From contig CBDBDQ010000005.1 of NCBI GenBank assembly GCA_965203905.1, positions 5,984,001-6,048,000 of the forward strand: DNA of 64,000 nucleotides, read 5' to 3'. The position numbers and the translations under genes were made by a program. Shown here in pieces: positions 19,490 to 28,481 of the stretch (position 1 is the first letter of the stretch; every line of letters starts with the position of its first letter). Below the pieces are notes generated by a model. The model was not told where the DNA came from. It was given only the letters and a program-made list of their open reading frames with translations, and made no database searches. The stretch comes from Spirochaetia bacterium. GTDB lineage: Bacteria > Spirochaetota > Spirochaetia > SZUA-6 > Bin103.

Positions 19490-19680
19490 AAGGAGGTTCA
19501 CATGGCACTCAAAGAACCGCACGCGCGCGCGGCGTGAGCCGGGGTGAACTACGGGCCTGGTTCCCGCTCACCCGGTGAGTCACACGCCGCGCGCTTCAGC
19601 CATTTGACTCAGACTGGCCGTCCGCGTTGCGGGCCCGAGAGTAGCTAGGGAGCGCCAATCCGCTACGCAATACTCTCGAA
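19490..19680 (+). promoter_or_regulatory. Structured leader with uORF MALKEPHARAA (19502-19537); putative attenuator
   Basis: SD AAGGAGGT; same stems as the unit 1 leader, with an insertion confined to the hairpin interior. Confidence 0.6.
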
Positions 19681-19701
19681 ATAACACTCAAGGAAGAAAC
19701 G

Positions 19702-21513
19702 ATGATGAAAATCTTATTTCGAATGACCTTCGCGATTGCGTTGGTCCTCGTAATGACCGCGACCGGCGTCTGGGCCACCGGCAGCAGCGACAGCGATGGG
19801 TCAGCCGCGGCCGAAAAGGAAAAGGTGCGCGACCCCTCCACCGGCAAGATGGTGACCGCGCCCGAGTATGGCGGAACAATAACCTATCCCTACAATGTAA
19901 TTCTTGAGACTACTGACCCCCATGCTAGCGGCCACTTTGCGAGTGACATCGACAGCGTTAATCAGAAGCTTGCCGTCCCGGACTGGGGAATAGATAGGGA
20001 CAAACTTGACTATAAAAGCGGTTACGTCAGTATGGAGTTCTATGTAGGGCAGTTGGCTGAAAGCTGGGAACAGCCTGACCCACTGACTTACATCTTCCAC
20101 ATCCGCCAGGGCGTTCACTACGCCCTTGATCCAGACAGTGAGGCCAGCCGCTTAGTAAACGGACGGGAGCTCACAGCCGATGATGTCGTATATTCCATTC
20201 AGCGTCATACCGCTCAGGGCGACTTCACCGAACGTCCCGTCCGGACTTACGAGATGATCAACCTGCCATGGGAATCGATAGAGGCCACCGACAAATTTAC
20301 GGTTGTTATCAAGATGAAGGAGTTCTCCCTCATTGCGCTAAGGGCCATCATCACCGAAGACACAGGTTGGATATTACCCCCCGAGGTAATCGAGAAATAC
20401 GGGAACTATGAGGATTGGAAGAACGTGGTCGGCACCGGGCCCCTTATGCTGACTGACTGGACCGAAGGGGTCTCCAAAACCTGGACCAAGAATCCTGACT
20501 ACTGGGGCTACGACCCCAAATACCCGCAGAACCTCGTGCCCTATGTTGACGAGATAAGGGCCCTGTATATGCCAGAAAGAGCAACAGCTCTGTCGGCACT
20601 ACGTACGGGTAAGATTGATTTTAGCGGCAACGTTCCCCTTCTCAAAACTCTCGACGACGTAATGAGCCTCCAGCGGACCAACCCCGAAATCACGGTGACC
20701 ACTACTTTCGGGACTGCTACGACTGTTTTTACTATGAACACGCACAAGCCTCCCTTTGACGACATCAGGGTACGCCGCGCAATGCAGATGGCACTGGACC
20801 TTGAGGAGATTAGCGATACCTACTATGGCGGTTTGGCAAGGTGGGAACCTCAGGGGGGGGTAGGGAAAGCCGTCGTGGGGTATAACACCTCATTTGATGA
20901 GTATCCCGAAGAGGTCAAGCAATACTATATCTATGACCCGGAGGGTGCCGAGAAGCTGCTTGATGAGGCTGGATATGCGCGCGGCGCGGACGGCGTTCGA
21001 CTCAAGGTTCACCTGCACCACCGCGACGTTTCGGATCTCGGCTATACAGAAATAGCTGTCAGCTACTGGCGTGAGATTGGCATTGATGTAGATGTTGGTA
21101 TATACGACACGCCTTCTTGGGTAGCAGCCAGAGCAGACACTACTTTGTATGAGCTAGCCACTAGCTACCAGGCCTTTACTTTTAACCCTGAAACCTGGGT
21201 AACCTATTATCGCACGGATTACAAACATCGGAGCGAATACATAGGCGGATACCAGAGCCCTGAGATGACCGCCCTGTATGACGCCTTTTTCGCCGCTAAA
21301 ACCGTTGAGGAGCAGCAGAGGATATTTAAAGAGTTTGATATGGAGGTCGGCATAAGGCGGCACAATCAAGTATGGGGTCCTATAGCCCCAGGGTTTGTGC
21401 AGGCCCAGCCGTGGGTTATAGGCTATAACGGTGAAGTCACTGGAAATCGTCCTCGTCTCGCCCTCGTCCACCTTTGGATTGACCAGGAGATGAAGGAAGC
21501 AATGGGTCGTTAG
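19702..21513 (+). CDS. Family-5 ABC substrate-binding protein (unit 2)
   Basis: DPSTGKMVTAPEYGG; LAESWEQPD; GTGPLML; PPFDDIRVRRAMQMALD. Confidence 0.93.
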   Translation: MMKILFRMTFAIALVLVMTATGVWATGSSDSDGSAAAEKEKVRDPSTGKMVTAPEYGGTITYPYNVILETTDPHASGHFASDIDSVNQKLAVPDWGIDRDKLDYKSGYVSMEFYVGQLAESWEQPDPLTYIFHIRQGVHYALDPDSEASRLVNGRELTADDVVYSIQRHTAQGDFTERPVRTYEMINLPWESIEATDKFTVVIKMKEFSLIALRAIITEDTGWILPPEVIEKYGNYEDWKNVVGTGPLMLTDWTEGVSKTWTKNPDYWGYDPKYPQNLVPYVDEIRALYMPERATALSALRTGKIDFSGNVPLLKTLDDVMSLQRTNPEITVTTTFGTATTVFTMNTHKPPFDDIRVRRAMQMALDLEEISDTYYGGLARWEPQGGVGKAVVGYNTSFDEYPEEVKQYYIYDPEGAEKLLDEAGYARGADGVRLKVHLHHRDVSDLGYTEIAVSYWREIGIDVDVGIYDTPSWVAARADTTLYELATSYQAFTFNPETWVTYYRTDYKHRSEYIGGYQSPEMTALYDAFFAAKTVEEQQRIFKEFDMEVGIRRHNQVWGPIAPGFVQAQPWVIGYNGEVTGNRPRLALVHLWIDQEMKEAMGR

Positions 21514-21554
21514 GGGTTTTGAGCAGCCGACAAGACTGCATTTTAGTCGGGGAA

Positions 21555-21705
21555 GGACCGGCCGTACCAATTGCCCGTCCGGGATGAGAGGGGGGCTTCG
21601 CGGAACGTGGACTATGGTGGAACTAGGATCCTGCCTCGCAATCGAAAGAGCGAGGTGGTTATGAATCTCTGCCTAAGGCTTGCGCGCGCCGCGATTCTAC
21701 CCGGC
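21555..21705 (+). mobile_element. Group II intron 3' remnant (degenerate domain V, domain VI); no RT ORF
   Basis: …gcccgtccgg-gatgagagggggg…ggaacgtggactatggtggaac…cctcgcaatcgaaagagcgagg…cgcgccgcgattctacccggc resembles bacterial group II intron 3' ends; recognised from memory of the family. Confidence 0.6.
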
Positions 21706-21785
21706 CACCCCTTGTGGCTGACTTAGGGAAAAGGGAGCTGGGGGGGCAAACCTCCCGGCTCCCATACTCCTAGTGAGGGCAATTT

Positions 21786-21918
21786 GTCATTTCTGGCGAA
21801 GACTCGGAATCCAGAAAACGCAACCATTTGAAATTACTCTGGATTCCCGCTTTCAGGGGGATGACGTGGAAGGTGGATTGCGGGTTTCACCGCAATGACG
21901 GGGGAAATGGGAATGACG
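21786..21918. repeat. GTCATTCC…GGAATGAC-type REP-like palindromic element (degenerate)
   Basis: gtcatttctggcgaagactcggaatccag…ctggattcccgctttcaggggatgac plus extra right arms (gcaatgac, gggaatgac). Confidence 0.65.
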
Positions 21919-21953
21919 AGAGAGGGGTTGCAAATCACAAGGAGTAGTGTGAC

Positions 21954-22916
21954 ATGAGAGCCTATATCATCAGGCGGTTGTTGCTCATCATCCCCACCCT
22001 GTTTATCCTCAGCATCCTCGTCTTTCTCTCGGTCCGCTTCATCCCCGGCGATGTAATAGACGTAATGGTGGGTAGGATGGAAGCCGAGGGGGGTGGCGGC
22101 GAGCTTGACCGTGAAGCTATGGAGCATATGCTGGGATTAGACCTGCCTGTGCACGTGCAGTATGGACGCTGGATCGGCGGCATCCTCCTGCACGGCACCC
22201 TTGGAGAATCACTGTTTCGCGGTTGGCGCATCGAGGAGCGCATGCTGGGACGACTGCCGGTCACCGCCGAGCTCGGGCTGCTGGCCATCCTCATCGGCCT
22301 GGTCATCGCCCTGCCGGTGGGCATCTACTCGGCGGTGCGCCAGTACACGGCCGCCGACTACGTGGGACGGTCGGTCGCCATCATGGGGCTGGCGACGCCC
22401 AATTTCTGGCTGGGAACGATGGTGATGATCTACCCGGCCATCTGGTGGGCATGGTCGCCGCCGATGGAGCTGATCCCGTTCGCCCAGGACCCGCTGGGCA
22501 ACCTCGGCATGTTCCTCATCCCCAGCCTGATCCTGGGCACCTACCTGGCGGCCAGCACCATGCGCATGACGCGCACCATGATGTTAGAGGTGCTGCGTCA
22601 GGACTATATTCGCACCGCCTGGGCCAAGGGTCTGCTGGAGCGGTCGGTGATCCTGCGCCACGCGCTCAAGAACGCCATCATCCCGGTGGTGACGCTGGTG
22701 GGTATGCAGCTGCCGATTCTGGTGGGCGGCTCGGTCATCATCGAGAACATCTTCAACCTGCCGGGGCTTGGGCGGCTGATGCTGGCTGCGCTCAACAACC
22801 GCGACTACCCGGTGGTATCGGGGGTGAATCTGTTCTTCGCCACGGTCGTCGTCTTCGTCAATCTCTTGACTGATCTGCTGTACGCGTCGCTGGACCCGCG
22901 GATTCGCTACGAATGA
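21954..22916 (+). CDS. DppB-like ABC permease (unit 2)
   Basis: MRAYIIRRLL; QDYIRTAWAKGL; LDPRIRYE. Confidence 0.93.
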   Translation: MRAYIIRRLLLIIPTLFILSILVFLSVRFIPGDVIDVMVGRMEAEGGGGELDREAMEHMLGLDLPVHVQYGRWIGGILLHGTLGESLFRGWRIEERMLGRLPVTAELGLLAILIGLVIALPVGIYSAVRQYTAADYVGRSVAIMGLATPNFWLGTMVMIYPAIWWAWSPPMELIPFAQDPLGNLGMFLIPSLILGTYLAASTMRMTRTMMLEVLRQDYIRTAWAKGLLERSVILRHALKNAIIPVVTLVGMQLPILVGGSVIIENIFNLPGLGRLMLAALNNRDYPVVSGVNLFFATVVVFVNLLTDLLYASLDPRIRYE

Positions 22917-22949
22917 GCCAATGAGGCAGTGAGGCAATGGCGGAAGCCC

Positions 22950-23927
22950 ATGGGTGACGTATCACCGCTGACGCCGGCCGTCGCCGAGCCGGCTGCGGGC
23001 GCGGCTGGCGCTGCGGCCGGCCAGGCCGGGCTGAGGAAGTTCTTCGGGCGACTGGTCCGCGAGCAGCCGTTGGGGACCGCCGGCGGCATCGTCATCCTGA
23101 TCCTGGTGCTGGTGAGCATCTTCGCCGATGGGCTGGCGCCCTATCGCTTCGAGGAGATCCACCTGCGCGACCGCCTGCAGGCTCCCTCGGCCCAGTACCT
23201 GCTGGGCACCGACCATGTGGGGCGCGACCTGCTGAGCCGCCTCATCCACGGGGCGCGGCTGTCGCTGACGGTGGGGCTGGCCGCCACCGCGCTCACCGTC
23301 GTGGTGGCGGTGCTGATCGGCGGCACCACCGGCTTCATCGGCGGCCGGCTGGACCTGGTGACGCAGCGCTTCGTCGACGCCTGGATGGCGTTCCCGGGGC
23401 TGCTGTTGCTGCTCACCATCATGTCGATAGCCGGCCGCGGCATGCTGCAGATCATCATCGTGCTGGGGGTGTCGGGCGGCATCCCGGCCTCGCGGGTGGT
23501 GCGAGGTGCGGTGCTGGGAGTCAAGGAGAACGTCTACTTCCAGGCGGCGCAGGCGATCGGCAGCTCGCGCCGGCGCTCGCTGCTGCGCCATGTGCTGCCC
23601 AACATCGCGGCGCCGATCATCATCATCTTCAGCATCAACGTGGGCGGGGTGATCATGTCGGAGGCGGCGCTGAGCTTTCTCGGCTTCGGCCTGCCACCGG
23701 ACATCCCGAGCTGGGGCGGGATGCTGAGCCGCGAGGGACGGCAGTACATGGAGATCGCGCCGCACCTGGCGCTGTGGCCGGGCGTGTGCCTGACCGTGGT
23801 GGTGTACAGCCTCAACATGTTCGGTGACGCGGTGCGCGACCTGCTGGACCCCCGCCTGCGCGGCCGCCTCGGGCGCTACGGCGCCGGCCGGGACCGGCGT
23901 GGTGAACGCCCACAGCAACGGGGTTGA
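22950..23927 (+). CDS. DppC-like ABC permease (unit 2)
   Basis: LGTDHVGRD; EAALSFLGFG; FGDAVRDLLDPR. Confidence 0.93.
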   Translation: MGDVSPLTPAVAEPAAGAAGAAAGQAGLRKFFGRLVREQPLGTAGGIVILILVLVSIFADGLAPYRFEEIHLRDRLQAPSAQYLLGTDHVGRDLLSRLIHGARLSLTVGLAATALTVVVAVLIGGTTGFIGGRLDLVTQRFVDAWMAFPGLLLLLTIMSIAGRGMLQIIIVLGVSGGIPASRVVRGAVLGVKENVYFQAAQAIGSSRRRSLLRHVLPNIAAPIIIIFSINVGGVIMSEAALSFLGFGLPPDIPSWGGMLSREGRQYMEIAPHLALWPGVCLTVVVYSLNMFGDAVRDLLDPRLRGRLGRYGAGRDRRGERPQQRG

Positions 23928-24092
23928 CCTCGGCCTGATGGCCCAGGCCATGAGTCACTCATGAATCACTTGGATGGGCTCGAATTGCGGGATTCTGAAA
24001 GGCGCTGATACCCGCCCCCATGCGGGGGCAGCTCCGGGGGGTGCGTGGTCTGACATCCGCATGTTTGGGTCGCACGCGCAGCATGATTGTGT

Positions 24093-24121
24093 TTGACAGC
24101 GCTTCGTGGCGCCACTACGGT
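24093..24121 (+). promoter_or_regulatory. Sigma70-type promoter of the Rpn gene
   Basis: TTGACA-17-TACGGT, 14 nt before the ATG at 24136. Confidence 0.6.
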
Positions 24122-24135
24122 GGCGGCCTCCTGGC

Positions 24136-25128
24136 ATGGCGCGCGAGTTGTATCAGCCGCACGACAACCTGTTTCGCAAGGTGTTCTCCGAAGAGGGCGA
24201 GGCGGCCGGCTTGCTGCGCCCGAATCTCCCGGAGTGGCTGAGCAGCACGCTGGACTGGTCGACGTTGACCCTGCAGGATCGCAGCTACGTGGACGAAGAG
24301 CTGGAGGCCAGCCAGTCCGACCTGCTGTTCGAGGTGCAGTGGCAAGCAGGCGCCGGCCAGGCGGGCGCCGGTGAGGCGGGAGGCGCGCCGCAGCGGCTGT
24401 TGCTGTACGTGCTGTTCGAGCATCAATCGACGCCGAACCGCTGGATGAGGTTCCGGTTGTTGGAGTACTGTTGCCGTATCTGGGCGGATGCCCTGCGGGC
24501 CGACGACAAGCGACCGGAGTTGCCGCCGATCGTGCCGGTGGTGTTCTACCAGGGGAAGCGGCGCTGGCGGCACGCGCGTGAGTTCGGGGAGTTGTTTGTG
24601 GAGGTGGTGCGGGAGTGGCCGTGGACGCCGCGCTTTGAGCACCTGCTGGTGGACCAGTCGCAGGCGCCGGTGGGAGAGGTGCGCGGGGGAGCGCTGGGGC
24701 GTGTCGCGCAGCTTGCGCTGATGGCGGCGGCGCGACGGCGGGTGAGTCAGGCGCGTGCGGCGCTGCTGATGGCGGCGCAGTACATGGGCGAGTTGGCAAA
24801 GGGCGGACGGACGGAACGGTTCAGAGCCATCGTGAGGTATGTCATCACGACGCAGGACAAGCAAACCGTGAGGGCGTTCGGCGAGGCGTTGCGACGGCAC
24901 GTGCCAGGACCGGGAGGAGACATGAAGACCTATGCAGAAGAATTGCTCCAGGAGGGACTCCGGAAGGGTCGCCAGGAGGGTCGCCAAGAGGGTCAGCTTG
25001 GCACGATCGAGAGCTTCCTACGGGCCGGAATCGAGTGGTCGATCATCGAGGAAGCTACCGGTATAGATCAGGAAGCCTTCCAGGCACTTCGCCAGCGGCT
25101 CGGAGAGTCGGATCGGACGACCAAGTAA
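24136..25128 (+). CDS. Rpn/YhgA family PD-(D/E)XK nuclease (putative transposase-31 family)
   Basis: QPHDNLFRKVF; LDWSTL; SDLLF; YVLFEHQS; LPPIVPVVFYQG; C-terminal EGRQEG repeats. Confidence 0.9.
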   Translation: MARELYQPHDNLFRKVFSEEGEAAGLLRPNLPEWLSSTLDWSTLTLQDRSYVDEELEASQSDLLFEVQWQAGAGQAGAGEAGGAPQRLLLYVLFEHQSTPNRWMRFRLLEYCCRIWADALRADDKRPELPPIVPVVFYQGKRRWRHAREFGELFVEVVREWPWTPRFEHLLVDQSQAPVGEVRGGALGRVAQLALMAAARRRVSQARAALLMAAQYMGELAKGGRTERFRAIVRYVITTQDKQTVRAFGEALRRHVPGPGGDMKTYAEELLQEGLRKGRQEGRQEGQLGTIESFLRAGIEWSIIEEATGIDQEAFQALRQRLGESDRTTK

Positions 25129-25277
25129 CCCCCCTTCTCGACGAGCCGTACCACTGGAAACTCCCCCCGTATTACACTCCGTTTGACACCACCGGCTGCC
25201 ACACGCCTGGCGCACCTCCGGCCCCGCGCCCCGAGCACCTGTCGGAACGCGAACTGGGCCGCCGGCGGCAGTCCGCC

Positions 25278-25365
25278 ATGCCGCCGGAGATCGTGGATAT
25301 CTTCACGCCGTTTTTCAACACCACGCCGGCCGGCAAGGGCACCGGCCTCGGCTTGACGATGTCCG
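25278..25365 (+). pseudogene. Histidine kinase HATPase_c F/G2-box fragment
   Basis: MPPEIVDIFTPFFNTTPAGKGTGLGLTMS. Confidence 0.65.
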
Positions 25366-25450
25366 CCGAGGACAGCCGCCGGCGCGCCGGCCGGGAGTAG
25401 CGGGATCAACACCCGATTGATCGCTCTACATCTGCACGTGCTATGGTAAC

Positions 25451-25789
25451 GTGGCTGGTGGCAGCCACGCAGATAATGAAGACGGGTGTCGACAAGGTCA
25501 GATTGAACACGCAGCGCTGGTTCGCGCAAAGCTCGGCGATCATGTCAAACAAATCGTGTTGTTCGGTTCGCAGGAGCGCGGCGATGGCACGGAGCATTCC
25601 GACTACGACTTTCTGGTCGTAGTTGACACCCGCACGCGAACTGTTCGCGACGCCATTCTGGACGTCGGATTTCAGATGCTGAACGACGACCAACTGTTTG
25701 CGGCACTGGTGTACAGCGAGGACGAGTGGCGCGAGCTTCGCCGATTTCCGCTCGGCTGGAACATTCAGCACGAAGGCACACGGGTATGA
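25451..25789 (+). CDS. Minimal nucleotidyltransferase (MNT) antitoxin; start uncertain
   Basis: KQIVLFGSQERGDGTEHSDYDFLVVV (GS…DxD). Confidence 0.85.
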   Translation: MAGGSHADNEDGCRQGQIEHAALVRAKLGDHVKQIVLFGSQERGDGTEHSDYDFLVVVDTRTRTVRDAILDVGFQMLNDDQLFAALVYSEDEWRELRRFPLGWNIQHEGTRV

Positions 25790-25950
25790 GCGCATTCGAG
25801 CCAACCGGGCAGGTGCTCGACGCCATGCATCACATCGAAGAAGCTGACGCTGGAGTGGCTGTCAGCGACGCTGAGAGCATCGTGTCCCAGTGCAGGCAAC
25901 AGGTCGCCAACTGGCAGCGGGAGCACCGGCGCGAGGATAGCCGCTCGTGA
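25786..25950 (+). pseudogene. HEPN partner of the MNT with its central region deleted
   Basis: ATG overlaps the MNT stop; 3' part almost identical to the HEPN fragment at 32967-33089; the RxxxDY motif is absent. Confidence 0.75.
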
Positions 25951-26095
25951 TGAACACACGGCACCTGCCATGGCTTGCTCCAATCGTCGGTCTCGGCATG
26001 GTCGATCACCTCCACGGCGGCGAGCAGCCGGAGCTGAATCAACCGCCGGCCGTCGCGGCTGTACCGGTCGGGATGGGCTCCGGCTCCAGCCCGAT

Positions 26096-26124
26096 TTGAC
26101 AGCTCGTTGCGCGTGGATTACGAT
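26096..26124 (+). promoter_or_regulatory. Sigma70-type promoter of unit 3
   Basis: TTGACA-17-TACGAT, identical to units 1 and 4. Confidence 0.8.
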
Positions 26125-26551
26125 GCCCCTTTGTCGGAGAACAGGCTTATGTGGACGACGCAATACCATAGGCACTTGAGGACGCCACCGGTTCACGGGA
26201 TTGATGTGTCCTATCTCCCCCCCCCCCCAAGTATTTACACGAGATACACTAGCTCCTCGCGCTGAGCGCGCGGGACGCCCCGCGCGCCGCTTCGCCCGCC
26301 TCACGGCTCCTCCGACCGCCTGCATACCGCACCGCCGGCGTTGCCGGTCACTCACTTTCGCTGCGCCACAGAACACCGCCCCAACCGGTGCTCCAGGCTC
26401 AGGTCCGCGCCCGCGTCAAGGGAGGTCCCGTATGTAGACTCGGGGCTGTGGCCATCGCTTGCCGGGCACCAGCGACTGACTGTGGGTGTACCTCGAGAGT
26501 GGGCGAAGGATGCACAGGGAAACCAGCACTCTCGATTGCAAGGAGCCAAAG
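26125..26551 (+). promoter_or_regulatory. ~430-nt leader with Pro-rich uORF (26149-26265), C12 tract, SD-ATG-TAG (26432-26437) and terminal stem
   Basis: Collinear with 33278-33697; stem TCGAGAGTG/CACTCTCGA at 26493-26535. Confidence 0.55.
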
Positions 26552-28366
26552 ATGCATTATGCATTCTTGAGAACGTTCCTCGCGGTACTGTTCGGATTCG
26601 TCCTGACGGCGACCGGCGTGTGGGCGAGTCCGGCCGGGGAAGAGGAGCCGGCAGCCGCCATGGAGAAGGAAATGGTGACCGACCCCACCACCGGCAAGAT
26701 GGTGACAGCGCCGGAGTACGGCGGGACATTAACCTATCCCCATAATAGAGTAAGCACTAATGTAGACCCCTTTACTGTTGGGTTTGAAGCGGGCTGGCTC
26801 ATAGACGGTGTCAATGAGAGACTCGCCTACGGGAACTGGGGACTAGATAGGGAAGAATTTGACTTTAAGGCTATGTACGTCCCCTTGTCTGCGTACACGG
26901 GGAACCTGGCGGAAAGCTGGGAAACGCCTGACGACACAACCTATGTCTTCAACATCCGCAAGGGCGTTCACTACGCCCTTGATCTAGACAGTGAGGCCAG
27001 CCGCTTGGTAAACGGTCGGGAGCTAACTGCCAAGGATGTAGAATATTCCTTTCACCGTTTGTTGGGTCTGGGCAGCGGCTTCACCGAACCTAGCCCCCGT
27101 CCCGCCACACTCATCTCCATACCATTCGAATCGATAGAGGCCACCGACAAATGGACAGTTGTTGTGAAGCTGACGGAGCCAAGCGTCGGTGCATTAAGGA
27201 CTATCATCGCCGCAGCTGAGTTGTGGATATTACCCGCCGAGGTAATCGAGAAATACGGCGACTATAGTGATTGGAAGAACGTGGTCGGCACCGGGCCCTT
27301 CATGCTGACCGACTACGTCGAAGGCGTCTCCAAGACCTTCGCCAAGAATCCTGAGTATTGGGGCTACGACGAAAAATACCCCGACAACCGCCTGCCCTAT
27401 ATTGACCAGCTAAGGGCTTTGTTGATGGCAGACGAAGCAACACGTATATCGGCACTACGAACGGGTAAGGTTGATATCATACAACACGCCGGAGTCGTTG
27501 ATATTAGATCAGTCGACGTGGGAATTAGCCTCATGAAGACCGACCCGGAAATCGAGGTGCACAGTCATTTCGAGCGGTCGTTTCAGAGCATTACTATGAA
27601 CATTCGCAAGCCGCCGTTCGACGACATCAGGGTGCGCCACGCACTGCAGATGGCGCTCGACCTCGAGACGATCAACGATGCGTACTACGGTGGTTTAGCT
27701 AAGTGGGAACCTATTGGGTTGCTCGGCGTAAAGGGGTATTACACCCCATTTGAAGAGTGGCCCGAAGAGCTCAAGCAATACTACAGGTATGACCCGCAGG
27801 GTGCCGAGCAGCTGCTTGATGAGGCAGGATATCCACGCGGCGAGGACGGCGTTAGATTCCAGACGAACTTGGAGCTCCGCCCCGGTGATTTGGGCTATTT
27901 TGAAATAGCTGCCGGCTACTTTGCTGATATTGGCGTTGATGTATCGATAAGTAATGTTGACGCGGCTACTTGGATCGCTAGTAGAGGAGAACATGATTAT
28001 GAGATGAGCCTTGGCGACATGGCCTTTCCTGGGAACCCGGTCTGGGCGGTAGGCATTTATCGCGAGCCCAACGTGTGGTTTCGCGAATGGGTGGGCGGAG
28101 TCGAGACCCCTGAGCTTACCGCCGCCTATGATGCCTTTCACGCCGCTACCACCGCTGAGGAGCAGAGGAAGGCGATTAGAGAGTACGATATGGAGGTGGT
28201 GAAGCAGCACAATCAGATATGGGGTCCCATGGCTCCAGGGTTTCAGGCGAACCAGCCGTGGGTCGAGGGTTATACGGGTGAATTCACGATGGGAGACATG
28301 CTGCATCATCCCATCCTCGCCCGCATCTGGATTGACCAAGATCTGAAGCGAGAAATGGGGTTCTGA
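26552..28366 (+). CDS. Family-5 ABC substrate-binding protein (unit 3)
   Basis: SD AAGGAG; signal peptide; DPTTGKMVTAPEYGG; NRLPYIDQLRAL; WIDQDLKREMGF. Confidence 0.93.
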   Translation: MHYAFLRTFLAVLFGFVLTATGVWASPAGEEEPAAAMEKEMVTDPTTGKMVTAPEYGGTLTYPHNRVSTNVDPFTVGFEAGWLIDGVNERLAYGNWGLDREEFDFKAMYVPLSAYTGNLAESWETPDDTTYVFNIRKGVHYALDLDSEASRLVNGRELTAKDVEYSFHRLLGLGSGFTEPSPRPATLISIPFESIEATDKWTVVVKLTEPSVGALRTIIAAAELWILPAEVIEKYGDYSDWKNVVGTGPFMLTDYVEGVSKTFAKNPEYWGYDEKYPDNRLPYIDQLRALLMADEATRISALRTGKVDIIQHAGVVDIRSVDVGISLMKTDPEIEVHSHFERSFQSITMNIRKPPFDDIRVRHALQMALDLETINDAYYGGLAKWEPIGLLGVKGYYTPFEEWPEELKQYYRYDPQGAEQLLDEAGYPRGEDGVRFQTNLELRPGDLGYFEIAAGYFADIGVDVSISNVDAATWIASRGEHDYEMSLGDMAFPGNPVWAVGIYREPNVWFREWVGGVETPELTAAYDAFHAATTAEEQRKAIREYDMEVVKQHNQIWGPMAPGFQANQPWVEGYTGEFTMGDMLHHPILARIWIDQDLKREMGF

Positions 28367-28430
28367 GCCGGGCCGCACGCCTAGCGGCGGGGTCCCCGAG
28401 CGTTTTTTCGCGCTCGTTCCGCTTGCAGAG

Positions 28431-28469
28431 AATGGGCGCCGGGAGCATCAAGCTTCCCGGCGCCCATTT
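28431..28469 (+). other. Strong intercistronic hairpin before dppB
   Basis: AATGGGCGCCGGGAG-catcaag-CTTCCCGGCGCCCATT; same stem with a different loop at 35731-35777. Confidence 0.65.
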
Positions 28470-28481
28470 ACCGCAAAGAGT

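Noticed and set aside
26493-26535. Glycine riboswitch (GAGAG…GCGAAGG…ACTCTC resemblance)
   Set aside because: Lacks the CUCAGG core and the tandem aptamer; GAGAGU pairs directly with ACUCUC; kept only as an unknown stem
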